DNA of 64,000 bases from the human T2T-CHM13v2.0 reference genome, Homo sapiens. The position numbers and the translations under genes are program-made. Below are positions 1 through 19,187 of this stretch, in pieces. The first letter of the stretch is position 1. Every line of letters begins with the position of its first letter. Location: assembly GCF_009914755.1 (NCBI RefSeq), contig NC_060947.1; one strand, given 5' to 3'. A model generated the notes under the pieces. The model did not search any database, was not told the DNA's origin, and was given only the letters and a program-made list of their open reading frames with translations.

Positions 1-254
1 TCTCTGATCCTCCTTCACCTATCTGTTCTTGATTCTGCCTTTTCAGATAATCCTTTGTCCTGCTTTAACCAATCCTAACAAATTAATTAATCCCAAAGTT
101 AATATTTATTAACTCATAAAGCATTTGGACAAATGTATGAATGATCACTATTACTTAAAAGGAGCTATTACATACCTAGTCTTCAAGGTTGATGTCAACA
201 AGCACTATTATGTTCCATCTCGGTTAGAATCTCTGCCCTGACATTTGAAAAATG

Positions 255-392
255 TGAGATGTTAGACAAGTCACTTAACCTCTCAAAGTCTCAGATACCT
301 CATCTATAAACCAGAGATCATTACATTATTAGCTATCTTTAGGAGTGTAGTGAGAATTATATGAGATAATTGTATTAAGTAACTAGCATATT
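255..392 (+). mobile_element. MIR fragment
   Basis: MIR core-like GACAAGTCACTTAACCTCTC...CCTCATCTATAAA. Confidence 0.6.
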
Positions 393-997
393 AATGATTA
401 TTTTCAATGGTTCTGGGTTCATTCTGTCAATAGGACACCTATCTGAGTGGACCATGAGTTAACAGCAGAGCAGTTCCTAAATTCTTCCATACTATTGAGC
501 TACCAGCACTAATAGGCACTTCCTTTAGTGTCACTGTTGAGGTTATAGCCTTGTCAATTCACCCCAAGTTCCTGCCTCCCCTAATCATTGTGTTTTCACT
601 ATAAACAGTTAACCTGACTCCAATTTCTGCTTACTGCCTCTAATGCAATCCCGGATTTTGACCTCTGTGTTTCCAGTATTTTAACCTGATATCATGAAAT
701 TTATTTAAAATATATGTTCCATATCCTTCTTTAAAATATGTCCTAAATGTTTTTGTGTACACAACATCGGTCTGTTACAAATTTTGAAGTTTTCTTATTA
801 GAGTAGTATGTAAAGATACAGAGATTGTTAAATTTTGCTAGTGTAGCTTGGTCAAAGGAAAGTAAGTAAAACATCACACAAAATTACTGTAAACCTGTTA
901 TGTCCAATTAGAAAACATAATGTTGAGGAAGATTTTTAGTCTTCCTTAAGATTACATTGGAAAATCTCCTCTTCATATATAAACATGGAAACACACA

Positions 998-1600
<603 letters not shown>

Positions 1601-1791
1601 CATGACATATGCCCTTTTCGGCAAGTGTGTCTTTTATATTTTCCTCTTCTTGCAGTATGGGAGAGGGAACAATTAAATAGGGTCTTTTCAAGCGAAATCC
1701 AAATGCCTAAAAGTAAAACCTAAGTAATTATCGTACTACCTCTAAGCAGGCATAATAAAGTGCCCATAATAAAATGCCCATAATCCTAACA

Positions 1792-2045
1792 GGTTGGGAT
1801 GTGAAGGAGAGAAGATCCTTGAGCCCAGGAGTTCAAGACCAGCCCTGGCAATATAGTGAAACCCTGTCTCTACATAAAATTAAAAAAATAAAAATTTAGC
1901 CGGGAGCAGTGATGTGCACCTCTAGTCCCAGCTACTCAGGAGGCTGAGATGGGAGGATCTCTTAAGCCTGGAACTTCCAGGCTGAGTAAGCCTTAGCTGC
2001 TCCACTGCACTCTAGCCTGGGCAACAGAAGGGAAAAAAAAAAAGA
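1792..2045 (+). mobile_element. AluJ, 5'-truncated
   Basis: Diverged Alu dimer with A-rich linker and tail. Confidence 0.85.
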
Positions 2046-2287
2046 AGATTGGAATGAAATGTTGAAGAATCCAGTTGGGCATCTATGAAATTCTAATCAT
2101 ATTTTTTTACTTTAAAATTTGCTTCAATCTTAACCATTCTATATAGCATTTACTTCAAGTAAAGTTGACTGGTTTACAAGTTTATGTTTTTTAGTTTATC
2201 TTCCTCAATTGATTAAACTTATGAATTTCTGTTGGACTGTTATGAGGCATCTCCTAATGGCAATGCACCCAAATTACAAGGGGTTTT

Positions 2288-2594
2288 GTTTTATTTTGTT
2301 TTGTTTTGGTTTTTGAGAGTCTGGCTCTGTCACCCAGGCTAGAGTGCAGTAGTGCAATCTCAGCAGCTCACTGCAACCTCTGCCTCCAGGGCTCAAGCCA
2401 TTCTCCCACTTTAGCCTCCCAAGCAGCTGGGGCTACAAGCACTCACCACCAAACCTGGCTAATTTTTGTAATTTTTGTAGAGATGGGTTTCATCATGTTT
2501 CCCAGCCTGGTCTCAAACTCCTGAGCTCAAGCGATCTGACTACATTGGACTCCCAAAGTGCTGGGATTACAGGAGTGAGCCACCGTGCCCAGCC
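2288..2594 (-). mobile_element. Alu (J/S)
   Basis: Antisense Alu; flanking ACAAGGG(G)TT direct repeats. Confidence 0.9.
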
Positions 2595-3656
2595 ACAAGG
2601 GTTCTTTTATTTTGTTTTGATGAATGATGAAATTTATTTTAAAGTCTAAATCTGTAAACTTAACACTAAACATAACAGGGTCACACATTACCCTAAAATC
2701 CAATTTTTCTATTTGGTGACAAGATTTGCTTCTTCTTGACCATGGACTACATCATGACCCTATTTAGCCTATTAGTAGAGAGTATGTGAGCAAATATTGC
2801 AGAATATCTTAAATGTGTTTTGTTTTGGTGAGGCAGTCAGAAATTCCAGCTTTCACTTACATTACAGGTTTAGGTTGGCAATGATAACCTTCAAGAGGAT
2901 ATTTATTTCTGCTTAAGTACATTGTCTACATTTATGGTATGATTCCACAAAGTAGGAAAAAATATATTGGTTGTTATGGTCTCATGTTTCACACTACCAG
3001 GTGTAATTAAGGTAGAAGACTAACATACTTTCCCCGTCTCTTGTGGTTTTAACAGTATCTTTATTAAAACAGCTAACACTAGTCATTAAATAATGGAGTA
3101 GATATTTCTAAGGTACTAATTAGTAAACAACTAGGTTCTTCTTGATGAACTCATCTACTTCTTCCATATTGTATATCTTAAGCACTCCTTAATAAAAACC
3201 TTCTATTTAAACACCTCTACTTAGATTAAAGCCTTTTATTCCAGGACACATACATAAAGTTTCAAGGAGCTTAAAATTTTCTTAGCTTCCAGTGGCTTCT
3301 TCTACTGGTGGTAAGCGATAGCTTTTTGAGAAGGTAGCAAAACTACAGACATTAATGCACCATACTGTTTGACCTCTGTTACAGTATGTCCCTGTATGCT
3401 TAGTCAACAGACAAAATGGACTCTTTGTGCTTAACTGAGGTGACTTAAAACAGAACCAGGTGGCCATCATGAGAGAGCCGTCATTTATTCTGTTCTCAGA
3501 AAGATGTTGTAAAGATATCACAGGACCTCACTTTCTACAGTCAAGCCAAACCAGTTCCTATTGTTGGTGCCAAGATAAACTTCAGACAGATCACCCCTCC
3601 CCAAGCTGTTTGAAAGAAAAGTCTCACAGACTTCTAGTTTGGAACTTGGAAACCAA

Positions 3657-3811
3657 CCAATCAGAATTCACCTGCCCTGGACAATCGGGGTCAGTTGTAT
3701 CAACCAATCAGGACTTGGCTGTGTCAACCAATCAGAACTAAGCAAGTTTGAATCCTTCATTTGCATAAATGGACCTCATTGGGAAACTTGGTTGGAATTT
3801 TTGCTATAAAA
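3657..3811 (+). promoter_or_regulatory. LTR promoter motif cluster
   Basis: ACCAATCAG with CCAAT at 3657, 3704 and 3728; ATTTGCAT 3759-3766; ATTGG 3778; TATAAAA 3805-3811. Motifs only, activity unknown. Confidence 0.45.
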
Positions 3812-3820
3812 GACAAACTC

Positions 3821-6710
<2,890 letters not shown>

Positions 6711-6744
6711 ATAATAAATAATTTTTTTAAATTAACACAAACTT

Positions 6745-7075
6745 GCAGGGACAAGGAAGAAGCTGGAAGGGAAGCCATTATTCTCAGCAAACTAATGCAG
6801 GAACAGAAAACCAAACACTGTGTGTTCTCACTTATAAGTGGGAGTTGAACAATGAGAACACATGGACACAGGGAGGGGAGCTACACTCACTGGGGCCTGT
6901 CGAGGGAGGGTGGGTGGAGAGAGCATTAGGGAAAACAGCTAATGCATGTGGGCTTAATACCTAGGTGATGGGTTTATAGGTGCAGCAAACCGCCATGGCA
7001 CATGTTTACCTATGTATCAAAACTGCACATCCTGCACATGTACCCCAGAACTTAAAAATAATAACAATAATAAAG
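6745..7075 (+). mobile_element. Older L1PA (PA10-13-like) 3' end
   Basis: GCTAATGCATG..GGGCTTAATACCTAGGTGATGGG..GCACATGTACCCCAGAACTTAAAA. Confidence 0.85.
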
Positions 7076-7091
7076 AAAGAAACACACACTT

Positions 7092-7421
<330 letters not shown>

Positions 7422-7604
7422 TTACACCAAAATCTGTATCTCCCCTGTTTGCAAACTGTTCACTGGAATAAAGTCTCTTTGCACCAAATTCCTTTCCAGA
7501 GAACTTCTGTTCACATTACTAGCATCTCCACTGCTGTAACCTTAATTCAAGTCACTATTTTCTCTGGACTACTACAGTAACTTCCTGATTTAGGCCTTTC
7601 TGCT

Positions 7605-8293
<689 letters not shown>

Positions 8294-8780
8294 GACTCCT
8301 GGCAGTTATCCATCTGCATTAGTGTCCTTTCTCGCCCCCAAAATTTTTAGTTACTTTACTCCTTCCAAGCTATCCCCAAGTAGTAGTGATTGCCAATTGC
8401 TAAGTGCTGCCTGGTTAACTTAAGAAAAATTACAAAGTTTGCTCGTTAACAACTTCCATTAAACTTCAAATCAACCTACTTTCTTACATGGACTTAAATA
8501 GACTGGCTTCTTTTTTAAAGTATCATAAACGTAAGAGTATCACAACCTTTTTCAAGGTTTTTTCTTCATTATGAAAACTTACTCATAAACGCAGTTCCCA
8601 AATACAACCATTTCGTTGTATTTGGTGATGATATTTTTATATATTTGGTTCTATGTTTTCCTATTAGCACAAATTCTTATGTCATTCATTATCTATTTTA
8701 TTTATAAATATTATTAGCATTTATTTTTATAGTGATATACTCTTTAGAGATGTTATAATCATATTCTATATACCATATAA

Positions 8781-9355
8781 CAGCAGTCCTCAACCTTTTT
8801 GGCACCAGGGACAGGTTTCATGGAAGACAATTTTTCCACAGACCAGTTGGTGTTGGGTGGTGGGGTGGTTTCAGGATGATTGAAGCGTATTGTATTTATT
8901 GTAAACTTTATTTCTATTATTATTAATTATTATTATTTATTATTATCTATATATTATATATATATTATCTATTATTATTATTAATTTCTATTATTGTAAT
9001 ATATAATGAAATACACAATTTACCATAATGTAGAATCAGTGGGAGTCCTGAGCTTGTTTTCCTGCAACTAGATGGTCCCATCTGGGGTGATGGGAGGCAG
9101 GGACAGAACATCGGATGTTAGATTCTCATAAGGAGTGTATGACCTAGATCCCTTGCGTATGAAGTTCTCAATAGGGTTCATACTCCTATGAGAATCTAAT
9201 GCCACTGCTGATCTGATAGGAGGTGGAGCTCCGGTGGTAATGCAAGTGATGGGGTGCGGCTGTAAATACAGATGAAGCTTTGCTCGCTCACTAGCCACTC
9301 ACTTCCTGTTATGTGGCCCAGTACCAGTTCGTTACCCAGGGCTTTGGGACCTCTG
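8781..9355 (+). mobile_element. MER1A (hAT-Charlie DNA transposon)
   Basis: CAGCAGTCCTCAACCTTTTTGGCACCAGGGAC start, GGGACCTCTG end; 8-bp TSD-like CCATATAA/CTATATGA. Confidence 0.85.
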
Positions 9356-9544
9356 CTATATGATATATATTACCTTATATTACATAATCATACACTACTT
9401 GACCTGTGCATTTATTATTTGCTATTTGAGTTCTTACCAATATTCCTTTATTATGTATAACCTTGTTATTAAGATATTATGAAAAAAATTTTATTTATAT
9501 TTCTGTATGCTAGATTTCAAGATCAGTTAATCATACAGTAGAAA

Positions 9545-9850
9545 TATATATATATATGCACACACACACACACACACACATTTATTTATTTATTTATTTA
9601 GACAGGGTCTTGGTCTGTTCCTCAGGCTAGAGTGCAGTGACGTGAACACAGCTCACTGTAGCCTTGACCTCCCGGGCTCAAACTATCCTCCTTCCTCAAC
9701 TTCCCAAGTAGCGGGGACCATAGGCACATGCTACCACGCCAGGCTAATTTTTATTTTTTGTAGAGACAGTTCTCATCATGTTGCCCAGGCTGGTCTCAAA
9801 CACGTGGGCTCAAATGACTCTCCCACCTTGGCCTCCCAAAATGCTGGGAT
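9545..9850 (-). mobile_element. AluJ with compound (TA)n(CA)n(TTTA)n tail
   Basis: Antisense Alu with microsatellite at 9545-9600. Confidence 0.85.
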
Positions 9851-9880
9851 GAAATATTTTAAAATATTTTAGTAAGTATT

Positions 9881-10173
9881 GGCCAGGCGCGGTGGCTCAC
9901 TCTTGTAATCCCAGGACTTTGGGAGGCCGAGGCAGGTGGATCACAAGGTCAGGAGATCAAGATCATCCTGGCTAACGCTGTGAAACCCCGTCTCTACTAA
10001 AAATATACAAAAAAATTAGCCGGGCGTGGTGGCGGATGCCTGTAGTCCCAGCTACTAGGGAGGCTGAGGCAGGAGAATGGCGTGAACCCGGGAGGCAGAA
10101 AGTGAGCTGAGATCGCACCACTGCTCTCCAGCCTGGGCAAGAGAGTGAGACTCTGTCAAAAAAAAAAAAAAAA
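9881..10173 (+). mobile_element. AluY/Sc
   Basis: ATCCTGGCTAAC, GAATGGCGTGAACCC; TSD TTTT(A/G)GTAAGTATT. Confidence 0.9.
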
Positions 10174-12023
10174 ATTTTGGTAAGTATTGCCAAGTTTCTT
10201 TCCAAAAGGTCTGTACCAATTTATATTGTCAACAATAATATATGCAAGAACATTGTCAGTGCTGGGTATGTTAAGTTTTCTAATACTTTTACTATATTAT
10301 ATACGACCCAAAAAACAGTGTTGGTTCTTCTGCTGTAAGCCAACATGGAAAAACAGGGACTGGATTTACCCTCCCACCTGAAATAACCAAAAACTTAGAC
10401 AAAGTATATGAGACAGTGGTTTTCAAGACACCGAACATCAAGCAACAAAAACAGTAACACCTGAGTTATGGGACACAAAGGAGGTGAGACCTGCAAATGC
10501 CCAATCTTACTGCTTTAAGAGAGTTTCCAGGCCATGAAGCAAGGAGGGGAAATCCAGGCAGAACCTGGAGGGCAACCTAATTTTAGGAGAGAAAACTGAA
10601 ATTTCATGGACACCAAGACAGCTACAATTTGCAGAATAGTTCACTGGATAGGAGAGAGCTACACAGAGAACTCAGGAGATATGCAGAGAGTCTACCTTAA
10701 ATATTCATCAGAATGTGAGAAAACTACCCAAGGCTCAGGAAACAGCCCTCCAAAATGAGTAAAGGTAACAGTGTTTGGAACTCACACATGGCAGGGATTA
10801 GCACACATTCCTATAAACAAGACTGGAAAACCTTATAATTTGTGGGTATTGAGTACAGAGCCAAGAAGGATCTTGTCTTCGTAGTGGGGAATAATTAACC
10901 CTAAACTAAACACTGCTGTGGTTTGGCCTAACAAATCTTAAAAGTAAGAGTTAAAAGGATCAGTTTCCAAGTAACTTAACTGTGAAAACAGTTCAAGAAT
11001 TTTATAGCAATACAAAAATATCCAGCAAGCAGAAAGATAAAATTAACAATTTCTGGCATCCAGTGAAAAAATTACCATACATGCAAGGGAACAGAAAAAT
11101 ATGACCCATGGCAAGGAGAAAATCCATCAATTGAAAACAACCTAAAATGGATACAGATGTTAAAATTACCACACATAGATATATAAACAGTCATTATAAC
11201 TGTGTTCTATATGTTAAAACCTATAGCAGAGACATGCACAATTTTTAAAAAGACCCAACTGAACATCTAGACATGAAAATTGCAATAACCAAGATGTGAA
11301 AAATAACAAGATGTGATTAACTACAGGTTAGGCATTTTGGAAGAAAAGATTAGTCTAGACATAAAAATTACAATGACCAAGATGAAAAATAACAAGGTGA
11401 GATTAACTGCAGATTAGATATTGTGGAACAAAAGATTAGTGATAATAAAGACATAGCTATAGAAGCTGTTTAAAATGAAACACAGAGATTTAAAAAAGAC
11501 CAAAAATAAATAAATGAATAGGGCAAACAGACACATTCAACTGGCCTAATATGTATGTAATTGGAGCCTCTTGCCAAAAAAAGGCAAGAGAGGTAAGTGA
11601 CAAAAAAGTTTTTGAAGAAATAATGAAAAATTTTTTTCCCATTTGATGAAACTGATAAACTAACTCATCCAAGAAGCTCAATTAACCCCAAGCAAAAGAA
11701 ATACAAAGACAACTACACCAAGGCATATCATAATTGAATTGCCCTAAGCCAATGACAAAGGAGAAATCTTAAAAGCAGCCAGAGTAAAAGATACATTGTG
11801 TACAGAGAAAAAAGCTAAAGATTACAGTAGATAGAAGCAATGCAAGTAAGAAGATATAGGAGCAACATCTTTAAAATATGGGGGAATAAACTGTCAACCT
11901 AGGTAGAGTTCCATATCCACTAAAAAAGCCCTTCAAAAATGAAGGATAAAAAAAGAGATGTTTTTCAAACATAGAAAAGCTGAAAATATTCATCACCAAC
12001 AGACTTATACTGTAAGAAATGTT

Positions 12024-12318
<295 letters not shown>

Positions 12319-12548
12319 TTAAAGAAAGTGCTTCAGACAGCAGGAGATAATACCAAACATAAACATGGATCTACACAAAAGAATGAAAAACACTGGAAAT
12401 GGTAACTTCATGGGTAAATATATATTTTTAATGTTTATTATTTAAATTTCTTTAAAAGATAAATGGCTGTTTCAAAAACAATAATGATAATGTAACATGG
12501 GCTTCTGACAGATGTGATAGTAAAATGTATGGAAACAAAAGCAAAAAG

Positions 12549-12768
12549 AAAAGGTTAGCAAACTATGGGGTCTGTGGGCTAAATCCAGCTCACCGTCCAT
12601 TTTTGTAAATAAAGGTCTATTGGCACACAGTCATGTTAATTCATCTTTGTATTGTCTATGATTGCTTCTGTTTTGCAATTGCAGAGTTGACTAGTGACAG
12701 AAACTGTATGGCTCACAAAGCTGAGAAAACTTATTTGGCCCCTTACAGATAAAGTTTATTGACCCCAA
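12549..12768 (+). mobile_element. MER58A (hAT-Charlie)
   Basis: GCAAACTATGG...TTTTTGTAAATAAAG...TTACAGATAAAGTTTATTGACCCC. Confidence 0.85.
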
Positions 12769-13795
12769 CAAAAAGGTTGTGAGAGGAAAACTGGAAATGC
12801 ACTAATGTAAAGTTTTTATAATATATGTGAACAGGAAAAATATTACTTGAAAGTAGACTGTGATAAATTATACTATAAACCCTAAAGCAAGTACTAAAAA
12901 ACAAAACAATGAGTTATAGCTAATAAGCCAACAAAGAAGATAAAATAGAATCGTAAAAATATACACATTTAATTCAAAAGAAGGCATTAAAAGAGGAAAA
13001 AGCAAGTAAAAGACTGGCGGAAGAAACAGAAAATAAATAGCAAGATGATAGAAGTAAGCAAAACCACACTAATAATTATTAAATGTGAATGTTAATAAAT
13101 GTAAATAAAACCCCATTTAAAAGGCAGAAATGGTCAAACTGAATAAGAAAGCAAGACCTAATTACTTTCTACTTACAAAGAGTGCATTTTAATATAAAGA
13201 CATAAATAGATAAAAAGTGAAAAATAGAAAAAGATATGCCATGTTAACGCTAATCAAAAGAAAGCTACATTAGTATCAGACAAAGTATATTTCAGAGCAA
13301 AGAACATTACTAGCAATAAAGAAAGTCATTTCACAATGGTAAAATGATCAATCCATTAGGAGGACATAACAATATTTTTATGAATAACAGAACTTCAAAA
13401 TCCAGAAAGCAACAATGGACTATAAGGAGCAATAGATAAATCCACAATTATAGTCAGTGATTTCAATAACTCTCTCACAATAATTAATGGAACAGGAAGA
13501 CAGAAAATCAGTAAGCATATAAAATACCTGAACAATACTAAACCAACTTGACCGAATTGACATTTACAGAATATTCTATACAACAGCAGAGTGCACAGTC
13601 TTTTCAAAGGCACACAGAACATTTAACAAGGTAGGCCATATGCTGGGACATAAAACATGTCTCAATAAATTCAAAAGAACTGAAAATATACAAAGTATAC
13701 TCTCTGACCACAATAACAGAAAGAAATTTTGGATTCACAAATATGTGGAAACTAAATAGTATACTTTACATAGTCATAGGTCAAAGAATAAATCG

Positions 13796-14913
13796 TGCCT
13801 GGCTTCAAAATATATTACCAAACTATAGTAACCGAAATAGCATGATATTGGCATAAGAATAGACACATAGAACAATGGAACAAAATAGACAGCCCAGAAA
13901 TAAATCCATGCATTTACAGCCAACTGATTTTCAACAAAGTTGCCAAAAACACACACTGGGGAAAAGATTGTCTCTTCAATAAATGGTGCTGGGAAAATTG
14001 CATATCCATATGCAGAAGAATGAAACCAAACCTGTATCTATCACCATATACAAAAAAAAACTAAAAATGGATTAAAAACTTAAATATTAAGATGTGAAAT
14101 TATGAAGCTACTAGAAGAAAACATAGCAGAAACACTTCAAGACATTGGATGGGGCAAGGATATTTTTGGATAAGACCTCAAAAGTACAAGAAACAAAAGC
14201 AAAAATAGACAAATGAGATTACATCATACCAAAAAGCTTCTGTGCAGCAAAGGAAAGACTCAACAGAGCAAACAGGCAACCCACAGAATAGAAAATATTT
14301 GCATACACTACATCTAACGAGGAGTTAATATCCAGAATATGTAAGGAACAAACAACTCAATAGCAAGAAAATATGAAAACAAATAATCCAAAGAAAAAAT
14401 AGCTAAAAGATCTTAATAGATATTTCTCAAAAGAAGACATACAAATGGCCAACAGGTATATGAAAAAAATGTTCAACATCACTAACCATCAGAGAAATGC
14501 AAATTGAAACCAGAATGAGATACCACCTCACTGCAGTTAGAAAGGCTATTATCAAAAAGAAAAAAGATAACAAATGCTGGCGAGGATGTGTAAAAAAGAG
14601 ATCTCTTAACCACTGTAGGTGGGAGTGTAAATTAGCACAGCTAATTTGGGAAACAGTATAGAGGTTGCTCAAAAAGTTAAAAATAGAAATACCATATGAT
14701 GCAGTAATCCCACTACTGGGTATGTTGTACCTAAAGGAAATGAAATCAGTATGTCAAAGAGATATTTGCACTCTTATGTTTATTACAGAACTATTCACAA
14801 CAACCAAGATGTGGAATCAACCTAAGTGTCCAACAACAAATGAATGAAGAAAATGTGATATGTATACACAATGGAATACAATTCAGCTATTAAAAAATAA
14901 TCAAATTCTGTCA
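13796..14913 (+). mobile_element. L1MA-type ORF2 3' fragment inserted in the older L1M
   Basis: Less diverged ORF2 end (KEMKSVCQRDICT...WNQPKCP) than the host L1. Confidence 0.8.
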
Positions 14914-15046
14914 TCCAAGAGATTAAAAAAAAGAATAAGTGACAGGATTTCATTCTTTTTAATAGCTGAATTGTTTCCATTGACAACTTGTTTACTTATT
15001 TCACATAATGTCCTTTAGGTTCATCCAAGTTGTCAGGAATACATCC

Positions 15047-15340
15047 TGAGGCCCAGGCTAGAGAATGACTTGTGTCCAGGAGTTCGAGATCATCCTGGGA
15101 AACATAGTGAGACCCCCTCATCTCTACAAAAAATAAAAAATTAGCCGAGTATAATGGCAGGGGCCTGTAGTCTAAGTTACTCAGGAGACTGAGGTGGAAG
15201 GATCATTTGAGCCTGGGAATTGAAGACTGCAGTGAGTTATAATCATGCCACTGCCCTCAGCCTGGGCGACAGAGTGAAACTCTGTCTAAAAAAAAAAGAA
15301 AAGAAAAGAAAAGAAAAGAAAGAAAGAGAGAGAGAGAACA
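15047..15340 (+). mobile_element. AluJ, 5'-truncated, (GAAAA)n tail
   Basis: Alu dimer remnant. Confidence 0.85.
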
Positions 15341-16279
15341 AACAGTGAGTTGATACAGAAAAATCAATGAAAGGGAATACTGGTTTTTTAGAAGATCAGT
15401 AAAACTGAAAAACCTCTAAACAGACTAATTAAGATAAAAAGTGAGAAAACACAAATTACCAATATCAAGAATGAAGAGGGAACATCACCACAGAATCTAC
15501 AGACATTAAAGTGATAATAAAAGAATATTATGAATGGCTTTTTGGCAATAAACTTGATAACAGGTTAAATGAACAAATTCCTTGGAAGACAGACGGGTCA
15601 CTCAAGAAGATAGAGGTAGACTGAGGAGCCCTATATCTATTTTAAAAATTGAATTCATAGTTTTAAAACTTCTCATAAAGAAAACTCCAGACTCAGATGG
15701 CTTCACTGGAGAAATCTACATTTAAGGACAAAATAATACCAATTCTATACAAGTCCTTCCAGGATATTTAAGAGAAGGGAGATTATACCACCTTATTATA
15801 CCAGGCCAATCTTGTCATAAAAAAAGACAAAGACATTACAAGAAAACAACAGACTGATAACTTTTGTGAATATAGATGCAAAATATCTAAAAATAAAATC
15901 TAACCAAAAATTTATCAAACTGTATCAATATATTAAAAGAATAATACATCGAGACCCAGTAGGGTTTAACATTTAAAAAATCATACAGTGTAATTCACCA
16001 TATAAACAAACTAAAAAGAAAAGCCATATGAGCATCTCAATTAATGCAGAAAAAGCTTTTTTTAAAAAAAGTCCGATATTATTTTTAATAAAAACTCTGT
16101 GTAAACTAGGAATAGAAAGAAACGTCCTTCTTCAACCAGAAAAAAAGAGGAAGATCTGTGAAACACATACAGATAACAAGACACTTAGTGATGAAAGATT
16201 GAATATTTTATCTCTAAGATCAGGATTAAGACAAGGATGTCTGCTCTCACTACTCATTGAACATTGTACTGAAGTTTCC

Positions 16280-16445
16280 AGAGAAAGAAGGCAAAGAGGA
16301 GAAAAAAAAAAGGCGTTGAAGAGAGGGGGAGGGGAGGGAGGGGGAAAAGAAACGGGGAAGGAAGGAAGAAGACATAGAAGGAAGGCAGGGAGGGTGAAAG
16401 GAAAGAAAGAAAGAAGGGAAGGAAAGAAAGGGGGAAGGAAAAAAT
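16280..16445. repeat. Purine-rich low-complexity tract
   Basis: GA/GGAA-rich; source of ORFs 16028..16447, 16250..16450 and 16254..16592. Confidence 0.9.
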
Positions 16446-17327
16446 GACATCCAGATTGGAAAGAAGTAAAACCATTATACTATTTTTATTTGCAGATTCT
16501 ATGATCATTTGTGCAGAAAATCCAGTGGAATCTACAAAAAAGCTACACAAAAAAATAAACGAGTTTAGCAAAGTTTTGGCATAGAAAGTCAATATACAAA
16601 AATCAATGTTATATTATACACTCAAAGTAGATAATTAAAAATTCAAATGAAAATAAATACATTTCACCATAGTATCAAAAAATATAAAATACTTGGGTAT
16701 AAATCTCACAAAAATGTAAAAACTTGCATGCTAAAGACCACAAACCATTGCTAAAAGAAATTAAATAAGACATAAGTGAATGAAGAGCTATATCAGTTTC
16801 ATGGATTAGAAGAATCAATATTTTTATGATGTCAGCTCGCCCCCAAAATTTGGCAGGAATTTTTGTAGAAACTGACAAACTAATTTTCAAACTCATATGA
16901 AAACGCAAAGGATATAGAATAGTGAAAACAATCTGAAAAAAAAGAACACAGTTGGAAGACTAAGACTACCAGATTTTAAGACTTCCTAAAAAGTTACACT
17001 AATCTAGACAGTGTAGTACTGGTGTAAAGATAGAGAAATCCATCAATGGCACAGAATAGAAAATCCAAAGATAATCTCACACATATGGACAAATGGCTTT
17101 TGACAGAGGTATAAAGACAAGTCAGTGGGAAAAAGGCTAGTTTCAACAAATGCCGCTAAGCAGAATTGGATATCCATATGCAAAAAAAGATTAACTTGAA
17201 TCCATATCTCACATCCTATGTAAAAACTAATCTCTAATGCATCATAGACTTAAATCTGAAACCTAAAATATAGGAAGAACTATTTGTGGCCTTGATTTAA
17301 GCAAAGATCTCTTAAGTAAGTCATTAA

Positions 17328-17597
<270 letters not shown>

Positions 17598-17887
17598 TGC
17601 TCTTTTTAAAAATAAACCTCTGTTCTTTGAAAAACACTGTTCAGAGAATGAAAAGACAAATGACAGAATGAGCAAAAATATTTGCAAATCATGTGTAGGT
17701 TAAAGAATTATATCTACGCTGTGCATACAACTCTCCAGAGGAATGAGTCACAAACAATAATAAGAAAACAAACAACCCAATAAAAAAGGAGCAAATGATT
17801 TTAACACTTTAACAAAGAAAATACATGAATGACAAATAAGCACATAAAAAGACGTCAACATCATTAGTCATTAAGAAATGAAAAATA

Positions 17888-18210
17888 GGTTGGGAGCAGT
17901 GGTTAATGCCTGTAACCCCAGTGCTTTAGGAGGCTAAGGCAGGAGGACTGCTTGAGTTCAGGAGTTCAAGACCAGTCTGGGCAACATAGCAAGACCTTAT
18001 CTCTACAAAAAATTTAAAAATTAACCTGGCATGATGGCACACACCTGTAGTTCGCGCTACTCAGGAGGCTGAGGCAGAAGGATATCTTGAGTTCAGGAGG
18101 TCAAGACTATAACAATGAGCTATGATCACATCACGGCACTTCAGACGGGCCAGCCTGGATGACAGAGCAAGACCTTGTCTCAAAAAATAAAATAAAATAA
18201 AAAATAAATC
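17888..18210 (+). mobile_element. AluJ
   Basis: Full dimer with (TAAAA)n tail. Confidence 0.9.
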
Positions 18211-18832
18211 AAAAATAAAACTACATGAGATAATACTACACACCTACTAGAATGGCTAAAATTCAAAGGATTAGCCTTAGCCTTACCAAATATTGACAAG
18301 GATGTGGAGAAACTGGAATCCTCATACACTGCTGTTGGGAAGGTAAAATAGTAAGACCACTTTGGAAAATAGTGTGGCAGTTTCCTAAAATGTGAAACAT
18401 ACACTTACCATATGATCTACCCAAATGTATGATTCCATTTACATAAAACTCTAAAAAATGCAAACTAATCTGTACTGACAGAAACCAAATTAGTAGTTTC
18501 CTGGAAGGAATGTGGGTGTGGAAATATGGGAAGAGAAATTGCAAAGAGTTATGAGGAAACTTTTGGGGGTGATGTGTATATTCACCACCTTAATCCTAGC
18601 GATGGCTGCATGAGTATAAACATATGCCAAAACTTACGAAATTGTACACTTTCATTATGTGCAGTTTATTTTGTCAATTACACCTCCAGAAAAAATGTTA
18701 AGGTTGATAAATATTCATTGTAAAATTAATATGAAAGAGATTGTTTAAGATTAAAATTCCCATAAAATAAATTTAATATAGAAATATTAAAATGTTCTGA
18801 TACAATTTAATAGAAAATTGGTTGAAGAGTTA

Positions 18833-19187
<355 letters not shown>

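Noticed and set aside
16028-16592. 139-aa and 112-aa ORFs
   Set aside because: Decayed L1 ORF2 running into a low-complexity purine tract.
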